A DNA stretch of 64,000 nt from Scyliorhinus canicula (taxonomy: Eukaryota): contig NC_052157.1 of NCBI RefSeq assembly GCF_902713615.1, positions 61,592,146 to 61,656,145 on the forward strand, read 5' to 3'. The notes under the pieces were generated by a model that did not search any database, was not told the DNA's origin, and saw only the letters and a program-made list of their open reading frames with translations. The translations under genes were made by a program, and so were the position numbers. Positions 1 through 12,699 of this stretch are shown in pieces; position 1 is the stretch's first letter; every line of letters begins with the position of its first letter.

Positions 1-38
1 ACACAAATTTCAGCCCATCAATATCAGAGTCCTAACAT

Positions 39-1823
39 TGAACATAGAACAGTACAGGCCCCTCAGCCCACGATGTTGTGCCGACCATTTATCCTAATCT
101 AAGATCAACCTAACCTACACCCCTTCAATTTACTGCTGCCCATGTGCCTGTCTCAGAGTCGCTTAAATGTCCCTAATGACTCTGACTCCACCACCTCTGC
201 TGGCAATGCATTCCACACACCCACCACTCTCTGTGTAAAGAACCGACCTTTGACATCTCCCCTATATCTTCCTCCAATCACCTTAAAATTATGTCCCCTC
301 GTGACAGCCATTTCCGCGCTGGGGAAAAGTCTCTGGCTATCCACTTTACCCATGCCTCTCATCACCTTGTACACCTCTATCAAGTCACCTCTCTGCCTTC
401 TCGCTCCAGTGAGAAAAGCCCGAGCTCCCTCAACCTTTCTTCATATGACATGCCCTCCAGTCCAGGCAGCATCCTGGTAAATCTCCTCTGTACCCTCTCC
501 ATAGCGTCCACATCCTTCCTATAATGAGACGACCAGAACTGGACACAATATTCCAAGTGTGGTCTAACCAGAGTTTTATAAAGCTGCAGCAAAACCTCGC
601 GGCTCTTCAACTCAATCCCCATGTTAATCAAAGCCAACACACCATACGCCTTCTTGACAACCCTATCAACCTGGGTGGCAACTTTGAGGGATCTATGTAC
701 GTGGACCCCAAGATCGCTCTGTTCCTCCACACTTCCAAGAATCCTGCCTTTAACCCTGTATTCAGCATTCAAATTCGACCTTCCAGAATGAATCACTTTA
801 CATATATCAAGGTTGAACTCCATCTACCATTTCTCAGCCCAGCTCTGCATCCTGTCAATGTCCTGCTGTAAACTGCAACAACCCTCAACACTATCTGCAA
901 CTCCCCCAACCTTCGTGTCATCGGCAGACTTACTAACCCACCCTTCCACTTCCTCATCCAAGTCATTTATAAAAACCACAAAGAGCAGAGGTCGCAGAAC
1001 AGATCCTTGCGGGACACCACTGGTCACCGACTTCCTGGCAGAATACTTTCCATCCACTACCACTCGCTGTCTTCTTTCAGCCAGCCAATTCTGTATCCAG
1101 ACAGCCAAATTGCCCTGTATCCCATGCCCCCTAACTTTCTGAATGAGCCTACCATGGGGAAACTTATCAAATGCCTTACTAAAATCCATATACACCACAT
1201 CCAATGCCCGACCTACATCAATGTGTCTCATCACATCCTCAAATAATTCAATGAGGCTTGGGAGGTATGACCTGCCCCTCACAAAGCCATGCTGACTATC
1301 TTTAATCAAACTATGTTTTTCTAATTAATCATGAATCTTATCTCTCAGAATCCTTTCCAATATTTTGCTCACCACAGACGTAAGACTCATGGGTCTGTAA
1401 TTCCCAGGGATTTCCCTACTCCCTTTCTTGAACAGGGGAACAACATTAGCCTCCCTCCAATCATCCGGTACTACTCCAGTGGAGAGTGAGGACGCAAAGA
1501 TCATCGCCAACAGCGCAGCAATCTCCTCCCTCACTTCCCGTAGTAACCTTGGGTATATCCCGCCAGGCCCAGGGGCTTATCTATCCTGATGCTTTTCAAA
1601 ATTTCCAGAACATCCTCCTTCTTAATATCAACCTGTTCAAGTCTATTAACCTGGTTCACGCTGTTCTCATGGGCAACAAGGTCCCTCTCTCTCGTGAATA
1701 TTTAAGCAAGGTATTCATTTAGAGCCTCCCCCATCTCCTCAGACTCTAGGCACAAATGTCCTCCACTATCCCTGATCGGCCCCCCTCTCACTCTGATCAT
1801 CCTCTTATTTCTCATATAAGTGT
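39..1823 (-). mobile_element. CR1 LINE, 5'-truncated, decayed ORF2 (RT and C-terminus)
   Basis: Minus ORFs 1325-1534, 824-1309, 380-823, 153-383 contain CR1 RT motifs (NVVPLFKKG, NYRPMSLTS, YMDFSKAFDK, GVPQGSVL, LVRPHLEYCVQFW); 3' tail reads CTGTACTGTTCTATGTTC on the minus strand. Confidence 0.95.
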
Positions 1824-2430
1824 CGAATTTATTCCCAGTTTTTACCGCTCCTTCTCCAGTCAACACATCATCCCACTGTCACACTCTGACCTACATTGAC
1901 TCCCATTCTGGCACAACCTTGATTTAAGATTCTCGTCCTCGATTTCCTATCCCTCTCCAATTCTTATCTCTGCAACTTCGTTCAGTTTTGCAATCCATCA
2001 AGATCTTTGCTCTCCTCAAGGTCTTCTGTCAGTGTCACAGTAAACACAGGGTTGATGAGTGAATGGGACTCGGTGTGAGTTTGTACACTGAGCCACTGTT
2101 GAATTTGTTCCCAATTGCTGTCTGAAGTTGCGATTTTTTTTTTGATGTTTAATCATTTCAAAGCTTCAAGTCTAAACAGTTGACAAAAATCTGCAGTCAT
2201 GTTTTCTGGCCAGAGGCATGATTCCAGGATATTTTCAAAACAACATGTGGGAATTTTAATCCAGATATAATTCAAACATGTAACAATGAGACCATTCTAA
2301 TTTAATAGGATTGATTGGAGTTTGAAATATCTAAATTGATTATAGCTGATATTGTATTGGATTGATTTTGTGTTAAAATTTTGGGTCAGGTTGAAAAATT
2401 ATTATTCCTGACACAATTGATACTACTTGG

Positions 2431-2906
2431 TGTGGTGATATGCATCACTGTAAATACACAAGGGGTTAATGTAAATACACGTCGACTAGCTAAACACTAG
2501 AGGGAGCACCAGAGACATGACACACAGACATTCAACCAATAGGTCAGTAAGATAGGACACGACCAATGGGCATTCACGATACACACCGAGGTGACACTAT
2601 CACAGGAGGGCATTATACCAACCCATATAAAAGGACACAGCACACATGATCTGCCTCTTTCCAGTGGAGACACTCAGTGAGTACACAGTGTTGAGTTGAA
2701 ACACATCACACCCACCACCTGGATTGTAGCAGACTGGTTCGTCAGTCTGAGTAGCTATAGCAGGATTAACAGGAGAGTCGAATCCAAGTAGGAGAATCGT
2801 TAACAGTTTAATTAATGTGTTAAAGCTATCTCCAAGTCTGAACCTTTCTTTGTCAGAGTGCACATCAAAGAAGCAGCTTATGCTACGTCAAGAGCATAAC
2901 AAAACA
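2431..2906 (+). mobile_element. Solo LTR (476 bp), probably Gypsy
   Basis: TGT...ACA termini; perfect 5-bp TSD CTTGG (2426-2430, 2907-2911); TATAAAA near 2626. Confidence 0.9.
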
Positions 2907-3088
2907 CTTGGAAGAAAGGAAACAAATTTTGAGGGAACAAAAATGGGTGTCGATTAGAGATTGATAACAATCCCTCCTCGTGTTTCTGGTTTAGTCAAAC
3001 AAAGGAGGGTGGTGGCATAATGACATCCAGTTGAAAACTTTTACCCTGCCTCTCTTTATACAGCAGATAATTAACCCTTGCTTTTAAC

Positions 3089-3225
3089 AGCTAAAGATGT
3101 TTTTTTACAGGCATTCAGAATTTAACGTTGAATTGTCAGCTGAAGATGTTTTTTTACAGGCATTAAGAATTTTAACTTTGAATTGTCAGCTAAAGAGGTT
3201 TTCTTTTAACAGGAATTGCAAATGT
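3089..3225. repeat. About 50-bp tandem repeat, about 3 copies
   Basis: CAGCT(A/G)AAGATGTTTTTTTACAGGCATT...GAATTGT repeated just upstream of the ERV pol remnant. Confidence 0.7.
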
Positions 3226-3387
3226 TAGTATTGACTTGTCCGAATGGATCTTTTGTGTTTTACTTTCTAGGTAACTGCCAGTGGTACAAGATTTGCAGTA
3301 GCTTTGAGGATTTGAGAATTTCTAAGTGACTTTCAGTCGTGCAGCATAAGCGGCATGGTTTAAAATCTAGTGGAGGGGTAAGCAACC

Positions 3388-5633
3388 CTTGTGAAACCCC
3401 TACAGGACTTAGCAAAGGGGGGGAAGGGCTAGCAAAGACAAAATAGAGTGCGGGGAGGAGATGCAGGCTTTTCCAATCTAAACATGCAATGGTGAAGGCG
3501 CCCGCCCTGGGGTTGCTGGACCTTAGTCAGCCATTCCACATCTTCTGCCAGGAGGCTAGTGGAATGTAGGCCGCTGGAGTAGCCCAGAGGTATGGGGGTG
3601 AATTAAGACCAGTGGGATATTACTCCGCCCAAATGGATGCAGTAGCCACAAGCATGCACCGATGTGTGAGGGCCTTGGCTTGCGCTTCATGGGCAATAAA
3701 TGCATCAGAACCTATCGCCCTGATGGGTAAGATAATCCTCCATAGCCCTCATACTATTGTTCAATTCTTAGAGGCTGAAAGACTGAAGGGTGTCTCGGGT
3801 AGTAGATGCTCAAAGTGGGAAGCTAACATTTTACCTGGGGACGCACTTGTGGAAATCTGTAAATATATGGGGGAAAATCCCGCGATAGGGTTAACAATAC
3901 AAGGAACAGAGCATGAATGCGTTGTGGAAGTAGAGGAGGACACTAGTGGAGGCTTGGCGGAAGAGCCACTGGTGGTGGAGGGAATGAGCAACTTACATTT
4001 GGACGGAGCAAGGAAGTATCTAGGAGGAGAGCCCCGTACGGTATGGGAATGAGCTGTACGGATAGTGCAGGTGAGTTGATTGCATGAGAACAGATCCCCG
4101 GGGATCACTCAGCACAAATAGCTGAATTAATAGCTTTAACAAAGGCCCTGGAATGGGGCAAGGGAGAGCGAATCAGTGTGTACATGGACAGTAGGTACAC
4201 TTTTGGCGTAGTTCACGACTATATGACAGCTTTGAGTAGGCGAGGGTTTGTGACCGCCAGTGGAGGACACATTCAGCATGAGAATTTAATCAAGGACTTG
4301 ATCCTGGCCGCCTGACAGCCCTTAGAAGCAGCCGTGATTAACGTCTAGGCCCATCGGAGAATTGAGAATTAGGCGCAGCAAGGAAATAGTTGGGCCGATC
4401 GGGCAGCAATAGACCTATTAGGGCAAGAACCGGTGGGGATGCAGACTCCAGGAATAGCAGCTGTGGAGGCCGCAGGCAATGCTGATATTGATGTAAGGCA
4501 GGTCCAAGAACAAGCACTAGTGGAGGAAAAGGTGGGGTGGAGAAATAATGGGGGACGGATAGGCCATAATGGAATATGGAGGAGAGAGGGAAAGATAATA
4601 GCCCCGAGGCCGTGCAACAACCCCTGTTGGACATATACCATGGACAAGCGCACACAGGGAGAGACAATATGATCAAACTATTAAAGGAATGTTGGTGGTG
4701 GAAGGGAATGGGCAGGGATGTGCCCAAATTCTGCCAGCGATGCATACAGTGCCCCCTGGTGGAATCAGGCCGTCCCTACAAGGTAAATGGGAAGCCAGCA
4801 CCCGGCCCAAGGGACCATGGGGAAATTTGCAACGAGATTTTACTGGGTCTTTGCCTTGGGTACAGGGTAAAACATACTGTTTGGTGATTGTAGATCAATT
4901 TACCCGGTGGATGGCAGCATTCCCGTGTAAAGACGCCACCGCTAGTACCGTGGCTTTGATATTAGCTAATGAAATATACCCAAGGTGGGGGGGGGGGGGG
5001 GGGGGGGGGGTGCCCCTCCAACTGGATTCTGACCAAGGGGCCCATTTCACGGAGAAAGTCATGAGGGAGGCTTGTAGGGTTTTGGGAATCCGGCAAAGAT
5101 TCCACATTCCATACCATCCTCAAAGCTCAGGAATGGTAGAGCGGATGAACCGGACCTTAAAAAATAGCCTAGCCAAAGCTATACTGCAGGAAGGAATAAT
5201 TGGGTACGGGACCTGCCAGCAATATTGTTGTGACAAATAGCTACCCCCACCCGGGGAACGGGTCTAACCCCTTTTGAGTTAATGGCAGGAAGAACGATGC
5301 GCCTCCCGGTGGAGGTGACAACTGAAGGGGCGGAACTTGAGATAAGCAAAGGAACTGTATTCAAATGTGTGAAAGATCTGGTAGACCGCCTGCATGTCCT
5401 TAAGGGACAGGTAATTGCACAGCAACAGCATAGAGATCAAACTGACTGGAAAGGATACCCCAAAACTACCAACACCAGTGGTCAAACTCATGACAGGTAA
5501 AAAGGGACAAGGTGTTCGATGGGAGGGACCTTATGCAGTAATCATTGCTGGACAAACATGTGCCTTAATAGACGAGAAACCCAGTCCACGGTGGCGGCAC
5601 TGGACGCAGTTGAAATCGTATCCTCATGAGTAG
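3388..5633 (+). pseudogene. pol: Endogenous retrovirus pol, 3' half (RT thumb/connection, RNase H, integrase), with stops and frameshifts
   Basis: Connection domain LRPVGYYSAQMDAVA...CVRALA; RNase H motifs LHLDG, SAQIAELIALTKAL, YMDSRYTFGVVH, GNSWAD; integrase HHCC, core DFTG...LDSDQGAHF...YHPQSSGMVERMNRTLK, C-terminal RWEGPY...WRHWTQLK. The connection domain plus a second RNase H indicates a retrovirus rather than Gypsy. Confidence 0.92.
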
Positions 5634-7560
5634 TCCCATAGTCACAAGGATTGAGAGAACCCTCCAGTGGGTCGGCAAACCCAAGGAGCAGGGGGTAGCC
5701 ATGGCATTGGCAGCTGCTGCACTTGTAATAGGAATTATCTGGATTTGTGGATGGGCCACCAAAGGGGCTCAGGATATGGGACTAAGGCACGGAGAGGATG
5801 TATACGAGGAAGGAGTGCAATGATGTGAATGATATAATACTAATTGAGCAGCGGAAGGTGTTTGTTTATTCCCACAGGATTCTAGTGCTAGCACACTTTG
5901 GGACCCCACCATCTCTGGTTGCAGCCATCAACATTGACCGCCTCGTCATGGATACGGAAGAAGCCGGACATTGCTGTAACAAAACCAATGATCACATGCA
6001 CACTAATGTCACGTGGGTGCTTCGGGCTGCTGTAAATGTTATGTGGGATACAAAGGGGAGGAGTGGTATAGATTTTATTATGATGGGACTCAGGATGTAT
6101 GCACAAACAGGACTCTGTACGTTCCTGCGGAGCAGCTTATACAAATTACTTACATTCCGAAATACCTGGGCCCCAGGTTGGGAACCCAGGATCATGGGAG
6201 TTACAGGTGATACGGAAAGCTGGGAAACAGGACCTTTGCCCCCAGGCAGGATTACATTGTTTTTTAAATTGGCTGATCAGAGAACGTTAAATGCCATCGA
6301 TGGCCCACATCGCCCGATTAGTGAAATAGAAAGTTATGGGAGACCATCTGATAATTCACTGCCTGGATCGCTGCCAGGCACCTAACTGAACTGGAAATCA
6401 TGAGATGATATGTGATGGATTAACAGCTTTGTATCAGGGAAGTGAGGTAGGCAGCCAGTCAGCACAGGAGCCCGAGAATCGGGTGGGATATCGTAGGAAG
6501 CAAGGATCCCACGGGATACGGGTGGAGACCAAACCGAAGCCTTCCACCACCACTGTGACACCAGCGACCTCTGGCTCGGTTACAACCATGAGTCCAAGGA
6601 CAACCCCCAAGCCTAACTGTGATGAGCATATCACTAGCCACACTATGGGACACGGGTTAGTTCTGACCCTCACTGATGAATCAGTGACAATAGTGTCAGG
6701 ATATGAACATGTAAGAGTTATGATAAATCTCGCCAACCTAAACTTACCAGTCTATTGCTATGGTCCACGATTGTTTGTAGCCTTGGAGAGGGGGATGTTG
6801 GACGGGAGTGGGTTGAAAATATGTAAGCGACAATGGAGAGACATAGTGGAACTCAACCCAAGACATTGCAGAGATAAGTGAAGAGATTGAGGTTATGAAA
6901 GGGCAAATGAGAGCTGCAGTTCAGGATGTATACCAGGATCCCGAAACTGCTACAGACCTTAACCAGCAAATCAATTAGCTTGTGTGGAAGTCACTTAAAC
7001 AGTTGTAGCCATAATCAGACAATTAATGAGTTACGTCATATAACAACTATACCAAGCGAGCATTGTGTGTGAATTGCCTGGGCATAATGTTGTTCTAACC
7101 AATTTATCTGAGTCTATTACCATTGCCCAACATGAACTTACTCCATGCAGGGATGTGTCCATCGTGGACGCGGATGAACTCGAACGAACTGACGATGACC
7201 AACGGATTCACCGATATGTCCAGAAGGGACTTCCCCGCATCCCGCAATTGCGGGCCGATTGGGAAGGACTTAGGAGGCGACGCAAATTGACCATCTCTAG
7301 AACAAGGAGCGGGAGCTCATCCAAACTCACGCCGAGAAGGCTGTGGAATTCGGAATTGTTTCAGTCACAGTTAGAGCCACAGTCTCTAACAGACAGAATT
7401 GGGGACTGAATACCAATCCATGGAACGTATTATATCACACGTTATTGTACTTTTGCGGCTTTTTATATTGTTCATCTTTTTATTACGCTCTGTTGCCTGA
7501 GACGCCGCATTAAGGGCTGACAGACAGACTGTCACGCCTAGTTAAAGAGGAACTGTTACA
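5626..7560 (+). pseudogene. env: ERV env-like glycoprotein gene, frameshifted
   Basis: ATG overlaps the pol stop; N-terminal hydrophobic segment, Cys-rich region, Ser/Thr/Pro-rich linker, heptad-like WNSTQDIAEISEEIEVMKGQM, and a hydrophobic stretch followed by RRRIK just before the PPT. Confidence 0.7.
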
Positions 7561-7664
7561 GCTCTTACCTGTTGACTATTCCACACATCAGCCGGACTCC
7601 AACAAATTCAGTATGTCTCTTTAATGGCCTATTCTTGGGCTAGCCAAGGGCCAAAAGTGGGGAT

Positions 7665-8283
7665 TGAAGGTCGGTGAGCGGTGGGGGGGTTCAACGACCA
7701 TACCTTTTAAAACTGAATAGCTCGGATGTCACGAGAATAATTTTACATAAATTACTTTATTTAGGATTGAGATGAATTGTAGGAAGGGTACTAAGGAATC
7801 ATTATTAACCATTAAACATGTATTTTTAGGACACAGCAGTAATAAGTAATCAAATGGGATTTCGGATCGCTAAATTGACCAAAAGGACGTCACTTCTGAA
7901 ATCGTGTCTTTGTGAAACAATCCAGGATGCTGGTTTTGTTGTCCTGCTTTTCACAGACAATGAATCACAGCAAATTACTAGTAAGCACAGCAGTCAGGAT
8001 GAGGATCAATCACGTGCTGCTTGCAATTCTATTGGGTGAAGTTTAAACATTGCTTGCAATTCTGTTGGATAAGTTTAAACGTAGCAGCTTCAGGGATTGG
8101 ATCGCGTCCAACTGGGGTGGGCTATTGATTTTTAAAAATTGTATAAGTACTATGTTCTCCGTGTACACGTAACAAGCTTGATTAAATAGCCATCTTGTCC
8201 AGGTTGTCGATGTGTCTTTTTCTCTCTGTACTGAGTTGAGCCACTCAAGGGAATAACCCCACTTGGAAGCTGACTCAATACAC
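7665..8283 (+). mobile_element. ERV 3' LTR (right end approximate)
   Basis: Purine tract AAAAGTGGGGA (7653-7663) then TGAAGG; TATAAG near 8142; ATTAAA near 8181; internal 33-bp tandem duplication near 8017-8082. No 5' LTR seen. Confidence 0.65.
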
Positions 8284-8295
8284 AGGTCTTGAAAC

Positions 8296-10700
8296 CGCTC
8301 CGACACCTGCGTTCATTGTTGAGACAGATCATAGACCGTTGGTTGCAATAGTCAAGAAGCATTTCAGTAAGATGTTACTTTGCATTCAACGTCAAATGAT
8401 GAAACTTCAGAGATATGACTTTGAATTAATTTATACACCTGGAAAGCACATTATGGTAACAGATGTGTTGTCTAGAGCTACAACAGCACAAGATCACAAT
8501 GCCATTGGAAAGGATGTGCATGTTCATAACAATGTGATTACAGAAACACTACCAATATTGGATGCAGAGTCGAAACTGATAGTTGAAGAGACAGAGAAAG
8601 ATGAAGTATTACAAATGGTGACACATAATCTCAACAATGGATGGCCGAAAGGTTCATGTTCTAAGTATCATCGCATACGATCAGAGCTAAGTATAGCAAA
8701 TGGTTTATTACAGAGGCAAGAGAGAATAATAATTCCACAGTCTCTGCACAAGGAAATACTGCTGAAGTTTAATGATGGTCACCTTGGAAATTAGAAATGC
8801 AAGTGAAGAGCGCAAGATGCTGTATATTGGCCGGGAATAAATGAAGACATACAGAACATGGTGGAGAAGTCTACCACTTGTCAATGATATCAATATCGAC
8901 CAGCTAAAGAACGAATGAAAATAGGGGAAATTGTCTCAGTTCCTTGGCAAAAGGTTGGGATAGACTCATTCGACCTTGATGGGAAAGAATATTTGCCAGT
9001 CGTAGATGATTACTCAAATTATCCAGATGTAGCACAATTATCGAGCTCATCAGCAAATTGTGTAATCATGCACAAAAAAGCAACGTTTACATGACATGGA
9101 ATACGTGAGGAAGTAATGAGTGATAATGGACCATACTTCAACAGTAAAGAATGGAAGGAATTTGCACAGCAATATGATTTTAAGTATGTACCGTCAAGTC
9201 CATTGTATCCTCAATCAAATGGTAAATCAGAAAAAGGAGTTCAGATAGTCAAGCAATTACTGTAGAAGGCTATGGACAGTAAAGATGATCCGTATTTAGC
9301 ATTTCTAAGCTATCGATCATCTCCATTAAATTGGGATTTATCGCCAACAGAAATGCTGACAAATCAGAAACTATGAACAATTCTGCGATGCTATACCAAG
9401 CAACGAGTAAATGAGAAGATAAGGGATCAAATGGAATCTCAGAAGAAGAAACAAAAGGAATATTATGACATTCTACCTGGAGTCTGAAACCTTTGAAACA
9501 AAATGAAATGGTGAGAGTGTAAGATCCTGATGGCTGGTCAAAATGTGCCAAGGTATCACAGAAAACAGGTCCAGGGTCATAAACTGTGATAACTGAGCAA
9601 GGACAGGTCTTAATGAAGAATGGACAAGCACTCCTAAAAGTGAAACAACTTGTTGCTGAACAGCAAGGTGACAATGTGTAGGAAAGTTTACATTTGTCGA
9701 AACTGACACAAGCAGTGAATGAGTTGAATGTCAATGTACAGAATGATGTTTAAAACAATGATACAATCATAGTCGATGTACCTACAGAAGTTCAGAACTG
9801 TCACACAGATTCAGCAAATTTACCAAAGTTGAGATGTTTAATGAAAAACATAAAGGGCGAGATTCTCCGCAAATGCGGAGAATCGTAGGCTGCCGTTGGA
9901 CAGGCCGTGACCCACGGGAGCCTTCACGCCCACTTTCGGGGCCGATTCTCCCCCCCGGGCGGGGCTAGGAGCGAGGCCCCGTGCGTCACAGCGATGCGGC
10001 CTTGACGACGGTCGTGAAGGCCGCACGTCAAGCGTCATGCTGGCTGACGCGGCCAATGACGTCAGCCGCGCGTGCGCAGGTTGGACAACGCCAACCCGCG
10101 CATGGGCAGTTGCCGTCTTTCTCCTCAGGCGCCCGGCAAGACGTGGCGGCTTGATCTTGCCGGGCGGCGGAGGGGAAAGAGTGCGTCTGTTTTGGACTCT
10201 GGCCCGACGATCGGTGGGCACCGATCGCGGGCCTGTCCCCTCCCGAGCATAGTCGTGGTGCTCCCGTGCCAATCGGGCCTCTAGATGCCCCAAACGGGCA
10301 TCTGGCACCCGTTTCACGATGGCAGTGAGCAGGTGTGTTTGCTGCCGTCGTGAAACGGCGAGCGGCGATTCGTGGCATGGGTCGGGCGTGGGGGGAGGAG
10401 AATAGCGGGAGGGCGTGAAAAATGTCGGGAGGCCCTCCCGCTATTCTACCACCCAGCGTGGGGGCGGAGAATCGCGCCCAAAGAAACTGGTATGGTTCGA
10501 TCTGTGAATGAGCAATAAAACTGTGCATGATGTAAAATACATTGTTGTGCATATCATATGTAATATTTCCTGAAATAATGTATTGTATGTTTTTTTTGAA
10601 ATCTCAAGGAAGGGAGGATATAGTTATATGCGTAAGCAAGTGTATGTATAACTATATATAGCCTCTGGCCAGTAGGTGTCAGGCAAGTGACACTGTAACC
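8296..10700 (+). mobile_element. Ty3/Gypsy fragment: RNase H end, integrase, PPT and start of 3' LTR
   Basis: FIVETDHRPLVAI...KLQRYDFELIYTPGK, HLG/VYWPG, PWQKVG, SDNGP, SSPLYPQSNGKSE motifs with stops; PPT AAGGAAGGGAGGA 10606-10618; interrupted by a MITE at 9855-10479. Confidence 0.88.
9855..10479. mobile_element. GC-rich non-autonomous DNA transposon (PIF/Harbinger-like MITE)
   Basis: 15-bp TIR GGGCGAGATTCTCCG / CGGAGAATCGCGCCC (1 mismatch); 3-bp TSD AAA; the Gypsy sequence resumes across it. Confidence 0.8.
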
Positions 10701-11744
10701 TGGGGGAAGTCTGTAGGAGAAACCATCGTGGTCTGTTGTGATTGTATTAGTTCCAGTTTGATAGCATTAGTTTCCTACTCAGTAATTGTCTCTGTACAAG
10801 GACATAACAGTCAGGGTTCATTTCCAAGAGTTGGGGGTACTCTTATGGAGGTGCTAAAGGTGCACGAGGAGGTTCCAGCATTGGATGGGGCACTGTTCCT
10901 GGTGGGGTTGAGATCCTGCTACATGTCTTGTCATCCATCCTGATGGATTCGGGAGAGAGAGAAGGGGGACCAAGAGTGGAATAGCATTGAGCCCGGTCCT
11001 TGACACGAGATGGTGGAAGGTTTCCCAAGTGAGTTTGAAAATTGGGCGCCATGTTTTGGTAATCTTAATTTGGAAGTTGAGCGTATCAAACTCAGTGGAG
11101 CACAACACATCCTGTCTTTTGAGGTCTGGGTCAGTTTAACCTACCACTCACTGGACCTGTTTTGTCCTGTTTCTGATGCTTGTCATGAGGTGTTGGAGGT
11201 GACCAAACTTGTCGAGTTATCTCCCCTGGCTGGGGCCTAAGCTGTGGACAGCTGGGGTGAGACAGCATTGTGGAAATGATGATGTCTTGTGCTTCAATCA
11301 TTGGAATCCTTGAGAGATCTTGAAGAGAGTTCGCTGATCCTGTTTTATTCTTGGCTTCTGCTTTCCTCATGCATCTGGGAAGATAACTTTACCCTGAGGG
11401 CTGCCCTACATTACATTGTTATTCTGGACATTGCTCCATGTTGTTTGCTTAATGCTGTGTCTTTTATTCCATAGATGTTCCTTGGTGTCTCCCCCTGTCT
11501 CGTTTAAAGGTAAGATGGGCAGAATCAGAGTGGGGCGATGGTGAAGGACCCTTGGTCTGAGAATAACTTGGACTTGCTGCCACCGGTCCTCCCTTCACAA
11601 TTAAAAGGGCCTCCAGGAGCTAAGCAACATTCACCACTGCTGGACTATTATTCTTCACACCATTGCCCATTCGATGCACAATAGAATCGCAGTTGGAACT
11701 AAATCAACCCTCACACATGTCTTTGTCCAACATGAATCTTACTA

Positions 11745-12473
11745 CAGTAGTCCCCCGTTATACCGCGCTCTGCAATACCGCGGTTCGCGATATACCGCGG
11801 GGGGGCTTATGGACCCCAACTGTCAGTTGTGTCAATTTCAGCGGCCGGCTCACTTTGATCCGGAGAGGGAAGCTGCTCTCACTGAAACAATCAGCCGGCC
11901 GCTGAAATTGACACTGCCCGCTGCTCTCTCCCTCCAATCCAACTTTTAAGTTTTAATGTTTCTGATTGGAGGGAGTGAGCAGCGGGCAGTGTCAATTTCA
12001 GCGGCCGGCTCACTTTGATCCGGAGAGGGAAGCTGCTCTCACTGAAATAATCAGCCGGCCGCTGAAATTGACACTGCCGGCTGCTCTCTCCCTCCAATCA
12101 GAAACATTAAAACTTAAAAGTTGGATTGGAGGGAGAGAGCAGCCGGCAGTGTCAATTTCAGCGGCCGGCTGATTATTTCAGTGAGAGCAGCTTCCCTCTC
12201 CGGATCAAAGTGAGCCGACCGCTGAAATTGACACTCTTTTAATTAGATCCACGATGGGGGTTTTAAATTTATTTAAAAATCTATGCTAGCGCTTCCCATT
12301 GTGAGTCTACGGGGGTCTGACCTCTCCCCCCGCCCCCCGTAGACTCACAATGGGAAGCGCTAGCATAGATTTTAAAATAAATTTAAAACCCCCATCATGG
12401 ATATCCGCGGCTCGGATGCAACGTGGGTGACTGTGTTGGACCCCAACACCCGCGTTATAAAGGGGGACTACTG
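11745..12473. mobile_element. Tc1/mariner (Tigger/pogo-like) MITE with palindromic interior
   Basis: TIR CAGTAGTCCCCCGTTATA / TATAAAGGGGGACTACTG; TA TSD at 11743-11744 and 12474-12475. Confidence 0.88.
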
Positions 12474-12699
12474 TATAAGTTTTACCCTTCCAGGCACAGA
12501 AAAACCAAATTCAACTTACTTAAAGCAATACCTTATTTCAAATGTACACCGATTAAAATATAAATCGCTCAAAACTACTTTTTTCCATTAGTTTGTGACC
12601 CCATTACAGAGATTTATCTTCATGAATGAGATCGATAATTACAAATGTCAGAACTGAGGTAGTTCTGTACTGTCAGAGGACCAGTTCTGAGCATGCTGT

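Noticed and set aside
2030-2110. Unique-looking segment as a possible terminal exon
   Set aside because: Short, no supported frame or splice signal.
4986-5010. Poly-Gly insertion in ERV integrase, and other long G/C runs (about 20190, 24963, 50415, 54303, 60420)
   Set aside because: Homopolymer expansion or long-read error; length is unreliable and no function is supported.
9838-10552. Overlapping Arg/Pro/Ala-rich ORFs in GC-rich blocks (also 24638-25290, 56620-57185, 60980-61697)
   Set aside because: Stop-poor GC-rich MITE sequence with no transposase or other domain motif.
10700-11740. Possible degenerate Penelope or Harbinger coding remnant on the minus strand
   Set aside because: No frame gave a convincing motif by eye; needs a Dfam or tBLASTx search.
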